Below, one piece after another: positions 1-13,020 of a stretch of DNA of 64,000 bases. Where the stretch lies: positions 62,001 through 126,000 of the forward strand of contig NW_027254672.1 in the NCBI RefSeq assembly GCF_044704955.1. Reading direction: 5' to 3'. Positions within the stretch are counted from its first letter, which is position 1. Every line of letters starts with the position of its first letter. The translations under genes were made by a program, and so were the position numbers. This stretch comes from Pristiophorus japonicus (lineage: Eukaryota). The notes under the pieces were generated by a model. The model saw only the letters and a program-made list of their open reading frames with translations, ran no database searches and was not told the DNA's origin.

Positions 1-135
1 TCTATCCTTCCTGAATATTGAATACCCCTGGATATTGAGTTCCCAGCCTTGGTCACCCTGGAGTATGTCTCCGTAATCCCAATTACATCATATCCATTAA
101 TATCTATCTGCGCAGTTAATTCGTCCACCTTATTG
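1..135 (-). mobile_element. CR1 LINE fragment (endonuclease region)
   Basis: Reverse complement reads like the start of a CR1 ORF2 APE domain (VDELTAQIDINGYDVIGITET...WELNIQGYSIFRKDR). Confidence 0.7.
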
Positions 136-245
136 CATTAAGTTTACCAGCGGTTTTTGTGATATTAATCAGATACTGATCAATAAATCCATGTGTAAGA
201 GGTTATTCCTTCTATTCAGGTTAATATAATGTAAACTGTATTTAC

Positions 246-588
246 TGGTTACATTGAGCTGGGTTCCGCTCCCGCTGATATCGCCCCACACTTTACAGTA
301 ATAGGCGACAGTGTCACTGGGCTGCACGTCTGTGACTGTCAGAATGAAGCTGTTATTGGAGGTGTCTCTGGAAGGCTGGAGACGGTCAGTGGAACCTGGG
401 CTCCCTCGTGTGCTGCCACTTGCCTCGTGTTAAAACCCACTCCGTATCTGGCCCCGGTAGTTGCCGGTACCAGTGGACATCGGTGTCGCTCACTCTGGCG
501 TTCCACATGGTGCACTGTAACCGCGCCGTGTGACCCTCTGTGACACGTTTTAGGCTCGGAGACTGGGTCAGGACAGGGACAACTGCAC
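246..588 (-). pseudogene. Germline-joined VJ-type Ig/TCR-like V-set exon (V2), frameshifted
   Basis: Acceptor ttaaAG|GT at 590-589, donor ACCA|GTAAAT at 245-244. Manual translation: GAVVPVLTQSPSLKRVTEGHTARLQCTMWNARVSDTDVHWYRQLPGPDTEWVLT / EASGSTRGSPGSTDRLQPSRDTSNNSFILTVTDVQPSDTVAYYCKVWGDISGSGTQLNVT. Contains the B-strand Cys, WYRQ, D-x-x-x-YYC and a GxGT J motif. Exon is 343 nt with a frameshift near 426-430. Not in the ORF track. Confidence 0.9.
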
Positions 589-939
589 CTTTAATGGTAA
601 AATATCAATCACTTAAAAACCGGTCTGAAGGTTACAAAGTGTCCCCGGTATTTAAAGGGCCAGTCCAGGCAGTACAAGTTAGACGGAGATCAAAGATTGC
701 AATCCTGGAGCAGTGCGGTTAGTCAGTTACTGATTCCGATCCAAAATGTGGAAAACCTGTGTTGTGAACCCTGTCTTTTATTTGAACAAGTTCACCAATA
801 TAAGAGAAGGTTCTTTTTCTTTTCATTCACCGGCTGGCGTTGGCACGGGTACAATGGGCCGAATCAGTGTCCTTCGGTGCTGTCTGATTCTATCATGGAA
901 ACTGGTAAAGGGAGACCTGGGGAGGGAACAACAACTGGT

Positions 940-1970
940 ATTGATATAGCGCCTTTAATGCAGTAAAAGGTCCCAAGGTGCTTCACAGGAGTGTTATTAG
1001 ACAAAAGATGGTTCCTTCAAGCTGCGAGGAACCATCAGCGGAAGGTCGGGGCTTTAAAAGGAGGAGCAGCATGGCGGCATACCACTGCAAGGTACAGCGC
1101 GAGCCAGTCAGGGAGGGCAACGACTGTGAAGAGGGCGACTGGAATGGACATCCTCATAATGCAGGTCGGTGATTGGAGCGTGGGCAGGTACAGCAGGAGC
1201 GATGAGGTGCGAAGTAGTGGCGAGGGATTGCAGACCAACGTGATCGGGGCCCAGGAGAGGCATGAGTTCGGGGACCAGAAGAGGCGAAGGCCCAGGGGCA
1301 CACGGGCCAGCCCACACTGCAATATGTGTGCAGTAGATCCGTGCAGCAGAGCTGGTTTCCAGTCGTCAAGGTTAATCCTTGCCACTGGACCAAGACCTAG
1401 CTCTGTCAAGCCCGTGTGGTGGTTGGTGTGCAACGGCCACCACACGTTAAAAAAATCCACACTCTGGCATCATCCATCCTTCAATCTGCAGTTCGGGACT
1501 TGGAATAGCCAGTCCTTCATTGAAACACATGTGAACTCATCCCTTTTTGGTGGAAGCAAGTCATACTCGATACAAGGGACTGCCGAAGAGAAGATAAGAC
1601 AAAAAATTTGATACCAAGACACATGACACAAATGGTCAAAGAAGTAGGTTTTAAGGGGCGTCTTACAGGAGAAAAGAGAGTCGAGAGGATTAGCAAGGAA
1701 TTCCAGAACATAGGGAGCTGGAGGCACGGCCGCCAGTGGTTGAGTAATTATAGTCGGGGGTGCTGAACAGGCCAGAATTAGTGGAGCGCAGACATCTCTT
1801 TGGCGGGGGGTCATGGGGCTGGAGGAGATTACAGAGAGTGTGAAGGTCGAGGCCATGGAGGGATTTGAAAACCAGGATGAGCATTTTTAAAATCGAGGCG
1901 TTGCTTAACCGGGAGCCAATGTAGGTCAGCGAGCACAGGGGAGATGGGTTTACAGGACTTGGAAAGTTTA
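940..1970 (-). mobile_element. L2 LINE 3' fragment split by the insertion at 1007-1596
   Basis: tatagcgccttt...cccaaggtgcttcacag continues after 1600 as ggtcaaagaagtaggttttaagg...gggagccaatgtaggtcagc, a typical L2 3' region. Confidence 0.6.
1007..1596 (+). mobile_element. Non-autonomous RTE-related SINE-like element
   Basis: Its 3' part matches the RTE 5' UTR at 55060-55165 and the RTE 3' tail (gtggaagcaagtc...gggactgcc). Flanked by an agacaaaa direct repeat. Related copies at 10179-11050 and 42770-43025. Confidence 0.65.
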
Positions 1971-4092
1971 CAGCACACAAGCGACCTATTCGGCCCATCG
2001 TGTCCGTGCCGGACGACAAAGCTATCCAGCCTAATCCCACTTTCCAGCTCTTGGTCCATAGCCTTGTATGTTACGGCATTTCAAGTGCATATCCAAGTAC
2101 TTTTTAAATGTGGTGAAGGTTTCTGTCTCTACCACCCTGTCAGGCAGTGAGGGGATAAGGGGTTATGGGGAGCGGGTGGGGAAGTGGAGCTGAGTCCATA
2201 ATCAGATCAGCCATGATCTTATTGAATGGCGGAGCAGGCTCGAGGGGCCATATGGCCTACACCTGTTCCTATTTCTTATGTTCTTATAGACCCCCACCAC
2301 TCTCTGGGTGAAAGAAATTCTCCTCAAATCCCCTCTAAACCTCGTACCAATTACTTTAAATCTATGCCCCCTGGTTGGTGACCCCTCTGCTGATGGAAAT
2401 AGGTCATTCCTATCCACTCTATCTCAGCTCCACATAATTTTAGACACCTCAATTAGGTCTCTCCTCAGCCTCCTATGTTCCAAAGAAAACAACCCCAGCC
2501 TATCCAATCATTCATTATGGCTAAAATTCTCCAGTCCAGGCAAAATCCTCGTAAATCTCCTCTATACCCTCTCTAGTGCAATCACATCTTTTCCTGTAAT
2601 GTGGTGACCAGAACTGCAGACAGTACTCTAGCTGTGGCTTAGCTAGTGTTTTATACCATTCAAGCATAACCTCCCGGCTCTTATATTCTATGTCTTGGCT
2701 AATAAAGGCAAGTATCCCGTATGCCTTCTTATCCACCTTATCTACCTGTCCTGCTACCTTCAGGGATCTGTAGACACAAGAACATAAGACATTTGAGCCG
2801 TTGTAGGCCATATGGCACCTCGAGCCTGCTCCGCCATTCAATAAGATCATGGCTGATCTGATCTTGGCCTCCACTCCACTTTCCTTCCTGTTCCCCATAG
2901 CCCTTGACTCCCCTATAGTTCAAGAATCTGTCTATCTCAGCCTTGAATATCTTCACTGACAGCCTCCACATCTCTCTGGGGTAGAGAATTCCAAAGATTC
3001 ATGACCCTCAGTGAAGAAATTACTCCTCATCTCCGTCTTAAATGGACGATCCCTTATTCTGAAACTATGTGCCCTAGTTCTAGATTCCCCCATGAGGAGA
3101 AACATCCTCTCAGCATCTGCCCTGTCAAGCCCCCTCAGAATCTTATATGTTTCAATAAGATCACCTCTCATTCTTCTAAAGTCCAAAGAGTACAGGCCCA
3201 ACCTGCTCAACCTTTCCTCATAACATGCCTTCATCCCAGTAATCAACCAAGTGAACCTTCTCTGAACTGCCTCCAATGCAACTATATCCCTCCTTAAATA
3301 AGGAGACCAAAATAGCATGCAGTACTCCAAGTTTGGTCTCACCAATGCCCTATACAGTTGCTGCAAGACTTCCCTACATTTATACTCCATCCCCCTTGCC
3401 ATAAAGGCCAACATTCCATTTGCCCTCCTAATTACTTGCTACTTGAATGTTAACTTTTTGTGTTACAAGTACAAGGATCCCCAGATCCCCCCGTACCACA
3501 GAATTCTGTAGTCTCTCTCCATTCAAATAATATTTTGCTTTTCTGTTCTTCCTATCAAATTGGATAACCTCACATTTTCCCACATTATACTCCATCTGCC
3601 AAATGTTTTCCCACTCAGTTAACCTATCTATATCCCTTTGCAGACTCTGAGTCCTCCTCACAACTTGATTTCCCACCTATCATTGTATTGTCGGCAAATT
3701 TGGCTGTAATACTCTGTCCCTTCACCCAAGTCACTACGATAGATTAAAATAGATTGTAAATAGTTGAGGCCCCAGCACTGATCGCTGTGGCACCCCACTA
3801 GTTACAGTTTGCCAACCTGAAAATGGCCCATTTATCTCGACTCTCTGTTTTCTGTTAGTTAGCTAATCCTCTACATGCTTATATATTACCCCCCAACACC
3901 ATGAGCTCTTATCTTGTGTAATAACCTTTTATGTCGCATCTTATCGAATGCCTTTTCGAAATCCAAGTACACAATATCTACTGGTTCTCCATTACGCACC
4001 CTGCTTGTTGCATCCTCAAAGAACAATAATAAATTTGTCAAAAATGATTTCCCTTTCATAAAACCATGTTGAATCTGCTTGATTGTATTATT

Positions 4093-7000
4093 ACTTTTGT
4101 ATTAATTCTTGGGGGTCACTAGACACCAGAGGGCACCGTCGTCGGAGGTCATCAGGCTGTATGCATGTGGCATGTGTGCTTGGTCACCTGTATATAAGCT
4201 GGGTGTCTTTGTCACGGTGGCACTCTTGGGCTGGAATAAAGATGGATCAAGTTGCACCTGAGTGAGTTTCCAGTAACCAGACTCTTGCGTCATTACAATT
4301 GGCGACGAGGTAATTTAAGAACCTTCGCATGCACAATGAGCACTGTTGGAATCCTGGAGAGATTCGTGGAGGGCGAGGATTGGGTGGATTTTGTCGACCG
4401 CCTGGATCAATATTTTGTGGCCAATGGCATGGAGGCAGAGGCCTACGCAGTTAAGTGCAGGGCAGTTCTCCTCACCGTTTGTGGTCTGAAAATTTACGGC
4501 TTCATGAAGAATCTTCTCTCGTCTGTACATCCGGTGGAAAAGGTACGAGGAATTGTGTACATTGGTGGGTAACCATCTGAAACCAAAAGCGGGGATCATC
4601 ATATCACACTACCGTTTCTACACACATGTTCATGCTGAGAGCCAGGACGTGTTGGGATTTGTCGCCGACCTGTGACGTCTTGCTGAGCCGTGTAAGTTCG
4701 GGAACAAACAGTAGTAACAAGGTTGGGGATGGCATCAAACAGAAAATTAGGGATGTGTGCAATAAGGGTACAGCAGTTATCATGGGTGACTTTAATCTGC
4801 ATATTGATTGGGCTAACCAAACTGGTAGCAATACTGTGGAGGAGGATTTCCTGGAGTGTATAAGGGATGGTTTTCGAGACCAATATGTCGAGGAACCAAC
4901 TAGAGAGCAGGCCATCCTAGACTGTGTAACGAGAGAGGATTAATTAGCAATCTAGTCGTGTGAGGCCCCTTGGGGAAGAGTGACCATAATATGGTAGAAT
5001 TCTTCATTAAGATGGAGAGTGACACAGTTAATTCAGAGACTAGGGTCCTGAACTTAAAGAAAGAAAACTTCGACGGTATGAGACGTGAATTGGCTGGGAT
5101 AGACTGGCGACTGATACTTAAAGGGTTGATGGTGGATAGGCAATGGCATACATTTAAAGATCACATGGATGAACTACAACAATTGTACATCCCTGTGTGG
5201 CGTAATAATAAAAAAAGGGAAGGTGGCTCAACCGTGGCTAACAAGGGAAATTAGGGAAAATGTTAAATTCAAGGAAGAGCTATATAAATTGGCCAGAAAA
5301 AGCAGCAAACCTGAGGACTGGGAGAAATTTAGAATTCAGCAGAGAAGGGCCAAGGGTTTAATTAGGAGGGGGAAACTAGAGTATGAGAGTAAGCTTGCAG
5401 GGAACATAAACCCTGCAAAAACTTCTACAGATATGTGAAGAGAAAAATATTAATGAAGACTAATGTAGCTCCCTTGCAGTCAGAATCAGGGGAATTCATA
5501 ATGGGGAACAAGGAAATGGCAGACCAATTGAACAAATACTTTTGTTCTGTCTTCACTAAGGAAGACACAAATAACCTCCCGAAAATACTATGGGACCGAG
5601 GGTCTAGCGAGAAGGGGGAACTGAGGGAAATCCTTAATAGTCAGGAAATGGTGTTAGGGAAATTGAAGGGCCTGATAGTCTGCACCCCAGAGTACTTAAG
5701 GAAGTGGCCCTAGAAATAGTAGATGCATTGGTGGTCATTATCCAACATTCCATGCACTCTGGTTCAGTTCCTATGGATTGGAGGGTAGCGAATGTAATGC
5801 CACTTTTTTAAAAAGGAGGGAGAGAGAAAACAGGGAATTATAGACCGGTTAGCCTGACATTGGTGGTGGGGAAAATGCTGGAATCAATTATTAAAGATGA
5901 AATAGCAGCGCATTTGGAAAGAGGTGACAGGATCGGGCCAAGTCAGCATGGATTTATGAAAGGGAAATCAAGCTTGACAAATCTTTGAGAGTTTTTTGAG
6001 GATGTAACTTGTAGATTGGATAAGGGAACACCAGTGTATGTGGTGTATTTGGATTTTCAAAAGGCTTTTGACACGAAATTAGTGTGCAAAATTGAGGCAC
6101 ATGCTATCGGGGGTAATGTATTGACATAGATAGCGAACTGGTTGGCAGACAGGAAGCAAAGAGTGGGAATAAACGGGTCCTTTTCAGAATGGTAGGTAGT
6201 GACTAGTGGGTGCCGCAGGGTTCAGTGCTATGGCCCCAGCTATTTTCAATATACATTAATGATTTAGACGAAGGAATTGAATGTAATATCTCCAAGTTTG
6301 CAGATGACAGGAAGCTGGGTGGCAGTGTGAGCTGTGAGGAGGATGCTAAGACGCCGCAGGGGGACTTGGACAGGTTGGGTGAATGGGCAAATGCAGTATA
6401 ATGTGGATATGTGTGAGGTTATCCACTTTAGTGGCAAAAACAGGAAGGCAGATTATTATCTGAATGGTGACAGATTAGTAAAAGGGGAGTTGCATCGAGA
6501 CCTGGGTGTCGTGGTACATCGGTCATTGAAGGTAGGCATGCAGGTACAGCAGGCAGTAAAGAAATCAAATGGCATGCTGGCCTTCATAATGAGGGTATTT
6601 GAGTATAGGAGCAGGGAGGTCTTACTTCAGACCACACCTTGAGTATTGTGTGCAGTTTTGGTCTCCTAATCTGAGGAAGGACACCCTTGCCACTGAGGGA
6701 ATGCAGACTGATTCCCGGAATGGCAGGACTGACATATGAAGAAAGACTGGATCAACTAGGCTTATATTCACTGGAATTTAGAAGAATGAGTGGGGATCTC
6801 AGAGAAGCAGATAAAACTCTGATGGGATTGGACAGGTTAGATGCTGGAAGAATGTTCCCGATGTTGGGGAAGTCCAGAACCAGGGTCACAGTCTAAGGAT
6901 GAGGGGTAAGCCATTTAAGACCAACATGAAGGAAACTTCTTCACTCAGAGAATTGTGAACCTGTGGAGTTCTCTACCGTAGTAGTTGAGGCCAGTTTGTC

Positions 7001-9667
7001 AGATATATTCAAATGGGAGTTAAATGTGGCCCTTACGACTAAAGGAATCAAGGAGTATGGAGAGAAAGCAGGAATGGGGTACTGAAGTTGCATGATCAGC
7101 CATGATCATATTGAATGGGGTGCAGGCTCGAAGGGCCGAATGGCCTACTCCTGCACCTACTTTCTATGTTTCTAAGACATGCGGCGTGATGTCTCAGTGA
7201 TAGGCATCAGCCATGATGCGATGCTCAGGAAGCTGTTGGCTGCAGATACGCTGGATTTGAAAAAGGCCATCGCGACTGCCCAGGTATGCATGACAACAGA
7301 TGAGAATTTGAGGCAGATATCATCGACGAGTTGGAGTTCCATGACAAGTACTGTACACAAGAGGGCGTTGTCTTCAGGCAGAATTGCTTCCGCGAAACCT
7401 GCCGCTGCTCAGAGTCCGCCAACTGGTTCGATCCAGATTTCACCCTGTTGGTGATGTGGGGGCAATTATCGGCCTCATCAGTGTCGGTTTATGCAATGGA
7501 TGTTTAAAAGTGGGGCACCTTCACAGGGTGTGTCCACAACGGAGCAAGCATGGTGCGGCTCACCACGTGGTGGATGAGGATCAGTTCAGTGATGGCCCGG
7601 ATACACAACCCGAGGAGGAAGTGAATGGACTGTATTCGTTCCTGAGCAAGAGCCAGCCGAATAGTGGTTAATGTGAAGCTGCATGGCGTGCGTGTATCAA
7701 TGGAGCTGGACACGGGTGTGAGCCAGTCGATAATGAGCCAAAGGACATTCGACAAGCTGTGGGACACTAAGGCTGCGAAACCAAAGCTGAGTCCAGTCAA
7801 TGCCAGGTTGCGTACTTGCACTAAGGAACTCATACCTGTGCTCGGCAATGCAGCAATCGAGGTGTCATATGATGGTGTGGTTCACGAGCTACCATTATGG
7901 ATCATCCCAGGTCATTATCCAACGCTGTTCGGCAGGAATTCACTCGAGAAAATCAAGCTGAATTGGAATGATGTCAAGATGTTGTCCTGGGTAGATGATA
8001 CTTAGTGTGCTCAAGTATTGAAAAAGTTTCCTTCTTTGTTTGAACCGGGCATTGGTAATTTTACAGATTCACCTGGACTCGAATGCAAGGCCTGCCTATC
8101 ACAAAGCTCGGTCTGTTCCATACATGATGAGGGACAAGGTTGAAATCGAGCTTGACAGACTCCAGCATGAAGGGATCATATCACCGGTCAAGTTTAACGA
8201 GTGGGCCAGTCCCATTGTTCCTGTGTTGAAGAGTGATGGCATTGTCAGGATTTGTGGAGACAACAAGATTATGATTAACCGATTTTCAAAACAGGATCAG
8301 TATCCATTACCGAGGACCGATGACCTGTTCGCCATGCTAGCTGGTGGAAAGTCGTCCACGAAACTGGATCTGACGTCGGCCTATATGACCCAGGAACTTG
8401 TCACCACTTCGAAGAAACTCACCTGCATCAACACCCATAAAGGACTGTTCGTCTACAACAGGTGTCCTTTTGGGATTTGTTCAGTTGCAGCCATATTTAA
8501 GAGGACTGTGGAGAGTTTACTGAAGTCTGTTCCGAGGAAAGATGTTTTTTGTCGTAGTAGATGCATATTCTAAGTGGTTATTTCGTCATCCAGCACGTCT
8601 ACAGCTAACATTGAGAGCCTTCGTATCATGTTTGCTACTCATGGTTTGCCTGACATTGTTGTGAGCGACAATGGATCTTGCTTCTCAAGTCTTGAGTTCC
8701 AGGAGTTCATGAAACTCAATGACATCAGACATGTGAGATCAGCTCCTTCAAGCCTACTTCTAATGGTCTAGCAGAGCGTGCCATTCAAATGATCAAGCAA
8801 AGTATGAAACATGTAACTCAGGGCTCACTGCAGAGACGGTTGCCATGTATATTGCTCAGTTACAGGTCAAGACTTCATACACTTACTGGGGTTCCTCCTG
8901 CTGAACTACTGATGGAGAAATCTCAAGACCAGGCTTTCACTTCATCCCGATTTGAATGATCATGTTGAAAACAGACGTCAAAGTCAGCAATGGTGTCATG
9001 ATCGTGTTGCCATGTCACGTGACATCTCGGTCAACGATCCGGTTTATGTACTGAACTATGGTCAAGGTCCAAAGTGGATCGCCGGCACTGTTACAGCCAA
9101 GGAGGATAACAGAGTGTTTATTGTCATGCTCAAGAATGGGCAAACATGCAGGAAACACCTTGACCAGGTTAAACTGCGGCACACGGATGAACTGGAACCA
9201 AGTGAGGAAGATGCAGTCAGTGACCAACCAGCCATTGTTGACCCATCAGAGGACTCTGCTGACATTACTGACTCTGAACCTTCAGTCTCTGATGTGGTCA
9301 TGACCACTCCCATCAGCTCAGCTACTCAGCCCTCAGTCTCAACGGACTCAGAACGCTCGCCCAGAGACAAAGTTGAACTGAGACGATCAACTCGTGAGAG
9401 GAAAGCCCCAGACCATCTTAATTTGTAAAAAAAAAAACTCGTTAAGATTTTAAAAGGGGAATGTTGTTATGTATTAATACTTGAGGGTCACCAGACACCA
9501 GAGGGTGCCGCGGTCAGAGGTCATTGGGCTGTACACATGTGGCATGTGTGCTTGGTCACCTGTATATAAGCTGGGTGTCTTTGTCACGCTGGCACTCTTG
9601 GGCTGGAATAAAGAAGGATCAGGTTGCACCTGAGTGAGTTTACAGTAAACAGACTTGAGTCATTACA
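4093..9667 (+). mobile_element. Gypsy (Mag-like) LTR retrotransposon, degenerate, with internal pol deletion
   Basis: Two LTRs of about 205 bp (about 4093-4297 and 9462-9667) ending CATTACA, each with TATATAA and AATAAA. PBS TGGCGACGAGG at 4300-4310 (tRNA-Ser(GCT) complement). PPT AAAAGGGGAA at 9452-9461. gag ATG at 4336, protease MELDTG, RT (WASPIVPV, KLDL, PFG), integrase (VVVDAYSKW, VSDNG). Confidence 0.9.
4703..7175 (+). mobile_element. CR1 LINE inserted in Gypsy gag
   Basis: APE (IMGDFN, SDH) and RT fragments, ending in a tttctatgtttcta tail. gag sequence resumes at about 7176. Confidence 0.85.
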
Positions 9668-10178
9668 ATTTTCTAAATGTCCTGCTACTACTTCCTTAAT
9701 AATAGATTCCAGCATTTTCTCAATGACAGATGTTAGTCTCACTGACCTATAATTTCCTGCTATCTGTCTCCCTCCTTTCTTAAAGAGGGGTGTTCCATTT
9801 GCAGTTTTCCAATCCTTGGGACCTTTCCAGAATTTAGGGAATTTTGAAACATTACAACCAATGCATCCACTATCTCTGCAGTCACTTCTTTTAAGACCCA
9901 AGGATGCAGGCCATCAGGTCCAGGGGACTTGTCAGTCTTTAGTCCCATTAGTTTGCCGATTACTTTTTCTGTAGTGATGATAATTGCTTTTATTTACTCC
10001 CGACCCTTTGCCCTTGATTTTCTATTAGTAGGATGCTTTTCATGTCTTCTACCGTAAAGACAGATACAAATATTTGTTCAAAGTCTCTGCCATTTCCTTG
10101 TTTCCCATTATTATTTCCCCAGTCTCACCCTCTAAGGGACCAATATTTACTTCAGCTACTCCCTTCCTTTTTATATAC

Positions 10179-11050
10179 GTGGCGTGGTGACCCCGACCAG
10201 CGAGGAAATACCAGCAGCAGGTCGGGGCCATAAAAGGCGAGCAGCGAGCGACCCTGGGAGCAGCGTGGTGACATGCCACTTCAGGGAGCAGTGCGAGCTG
10301 GTGCAAGAGGGCAACAGCAGTGCAGCGGGCAACTGGATTGGACATCACCAAGGTCCAGGTCGGTGATTGGAACGTGGGCATGTACAGCAGCAGCGGAGAG
10401 TTTGGGACACAGGAGCGGTGAGTTATCGTGGAGCGATGTGATCGAGGCCCAGGAGAGGCGTGAGTTCGGGGCCCAGCAGAGGCGAGGGCCCTGGGGCAGC
10501 AACTTCTTCACTCAGAGAATTGTTAACCTGTGGAATCCTCGACCGCAGAAAGCTGTTGAGGCCAGTTCATTAGATATATTCAAAAGGGAGTTAGATATGG
10601 CCCTTACGGCCAAAATGGCTTTCCCCTTATTCTTAGAGAGTGACTGGTTCTGGAACTCCCCAGCAATGGGAACATTCTTTCTGCCTCTAACCTGTCCAAT
10701 CCCGTCAGAATTTTATATGTTTCTATGAGATCCCCTCTCATTCTTCTAAACTCCAGTGGATACAAGCCCAGTTGATCCAGTCTCTCCTCATAGGTCAATA
10801 AGGGGTATGGAGAGAAAGCAGGAAAGGGGTACTGAGGTTGAATGATCAGCCATGATCTTGTTGAATGTCGGTGCAGGCTCGAAGGGCCGAATGGCCTGCT
10901 CCTGCACCTAATTTCTATGTTTCTATGTTTCTACGTTTAACATGTAGTTCGGGACCAGGAATATCAGGTCTTTCATTGAAACACCTGTGAACTCATCCTG
11001 TTTTAGTGTGGAAGTGGGTCATCCTCGATACGAGGGACCGCCTAAGAGAG
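10179..11050 (+). mobile_element. RTE-related SINE-like element carrying a CR1 3' end with an inverted CR1 segment
   Basis: Similar to 1007-1596. Short atatac direct repeat at the flanks. CR1 on + at 10500-10935 contains a minus-strand CR1 piece at about 10615-10795. Confidence 0.55.
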
Positions 11051-12444
11051 ATATACTTGTAGAAGCTCTTACCGTCTGTTTTTATATTATTTGCTAGTTT
11101 ACTCTCAGAATCTATTTTATCCTTCTTTATTCATTTTTTAGTTATCCTTTGGAGGTTTATAACATTTTGCCAATCTTCTAGCCTACCACTAATCTTTGCA
11201 ACATATCTGCCTTTTCTTTCAATTTGATTCTCAATGGAATATATCTTTGTTGAGAATTATGAAATATCTCCTTAAATGTGTGCCACTGCTTATCTACTGT
11301 CTTACCTTTTAATCTAATTTCTCACTCCACATTAACCAATTCTGACTTCATACCTTTGTAATTGCCTTTATTTAGGCTTAAGATATAGTTTCAGATCCAA
11401 GTTTCTCACCCTCAAACTGAACGTGAAATTTTATCATGTTATGCTCACTCTTCCCGAGAGGATCCTTTACTATGAGGCAATCAATTAATCCTGTCTCATT
11501 GCACCTTACCAGATCTAAAATAGCTTGTTCCCTGGTTGGTTCTACAATGTATGGTTCTAAGAAACTGTCACGAATACACCCTATGAACTAGTTGTCACAG
11601 CTACCTTTGCCAATTTGATTTGTTGAATCTATATGAAGATTAAAATTGCCCACGATTATTGCAGTACCTCTCTTAAAAGCCCCATTATTTCTTAATTTAT
11701 ACTCTGTCCTGCACTCCAAGGTCCCTCTGTTCCTCTACACTTCTCATTGTCCTACCATTTATTGTATATTCCTTTACATTGTTAGCCCTTCCCAAATGCA
11801 TTACCTCACACTTCTCCGGATTGAATTCCATTTGCCACTGTTCTGCCCACGTGATCAGTACATTGATATCTTTCCTACAGTCTACAGCTTTCTTCTTCAT
11901 TATCAACCATACAAAAAATGGTAGTATCATCTACAAACTTCTTAATCATACCCCCTATATTCAAGTCTAAATCATTGATATATACCACAAAAAGCAAGGG
12001 AACTTGTACTGAGCCCTGTGGAACCCCACTGGAAATAGCCTTGCAGACACAAAAGCACCCATCGACCATTACCCTTTGCTTCCTTCCTCCAAGCCAATTT
12101 TGGATCCAACTTGTCACTTTGCCCTGTATCTCATGGGCTTTACCCTTCATGACCAGTCTACCATGTGGGACCTTATCAAAAGCCTTGGTAAAAACCCATA
12201 TATACTACATCGTACGCACTACCCTCATCAAACCTCCTTGTTACCTCCTCATAAATTCAGTCAAGTTAGTCAGACACTATCTTCCCTTAAAAAATCCATG
12301 TTGACTGTCCTGTGTATTTCGAAATGAAGATTTATCCTGTCCCTCAGAATGTTTTCCCATAATTCTCCCACCACCGACGTTAGGCTGATAGGCCTGCAAT
12401 TCTCGGTCTATCCCTTTCTCATTTTTTAAACAACAGTATAATGG

Positions 12445-13020
12445 GCAGGGGGAGAGAGAGAGAGAGAGAGACAGTGAACAGGCGGGGAGAGAGAGAGAGG
12501 CCACGATTGGGCAGGTGAGAGAGAAAGGCCACGATCGGGCAGGGAGAGAGAGAGGCCATGATTGGGTGGAAGAGAGAGAGAGACCACGATCGGGTGGGGG
12601 GGAGAGAGAGAAAGGCCATGATTGGGCGGGAGAGAGATAGAGACCATGAACAGGTGGGGAGAGAGAGAGGGCTCGATTGGGTGGGGAGAGAGAGAGAGAG
12701 GCCATGATCGGGCGAGGGGGAGAGAGAGAGAGAGGCCACGATTGGGCAGGGGAGAGAGAGAGGCCACGATCGGGCAGGGAGAGAGAGAGGCTACGATCGA
12801 GCAGGGAGAGAGAGAGGCCATGATTGGGCGAGGGAGAGGGGGGGGAGAGAGAGAGGCTACGATCGGGCAGGGAGAGAAAGAGGCCATGATTGGGCGAGGG
12901 AGAGGGGGGGGAGAGAGAGAGAGAGAGAGAGAGACCACGATCGGGTGGGGGGAGGTGCGGGAGGGGAGGGAGAGAGAGGGCATGATTGGGGGAGGGGGAA
13001 GGGAAAGGAGAGAGTGCGCT
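12445..13020 (+). repeat. Purine-rich minisatellite (about 30-bp unit, ggg(ga)n ggccacgatcgggca)
   Basis: Directly visible; more than 15 imperfect units with variable (GA)n length. Confidence 0.9.

Larger units (their letters stand above)
2777..11709 (-). mobile_element. CR1 LINE (2777-4092, 9668-10178, 11051-11709), interrupted by the Gypsy element and a SINE-like element
   Basis: 3' tail aagaacataag at 2778. RT ORF fragments (LYRALVRPNLEYC, KSPGPDGLHP) and endonuclease region near 11500-11700. Confidence 0.8.
1975..12445 (-). mobile_element. HER1/CR1-type LINE (1975-2775 plus 11710-12445), outer layer of a nested cluster
   Basis: gatctgtagaca at 2764-2775 resumes as tgcactccaaggtcc at about 11710. 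RT motifs GVPQGS, YINDLD, KFVDDT. Confidence 0.75.
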
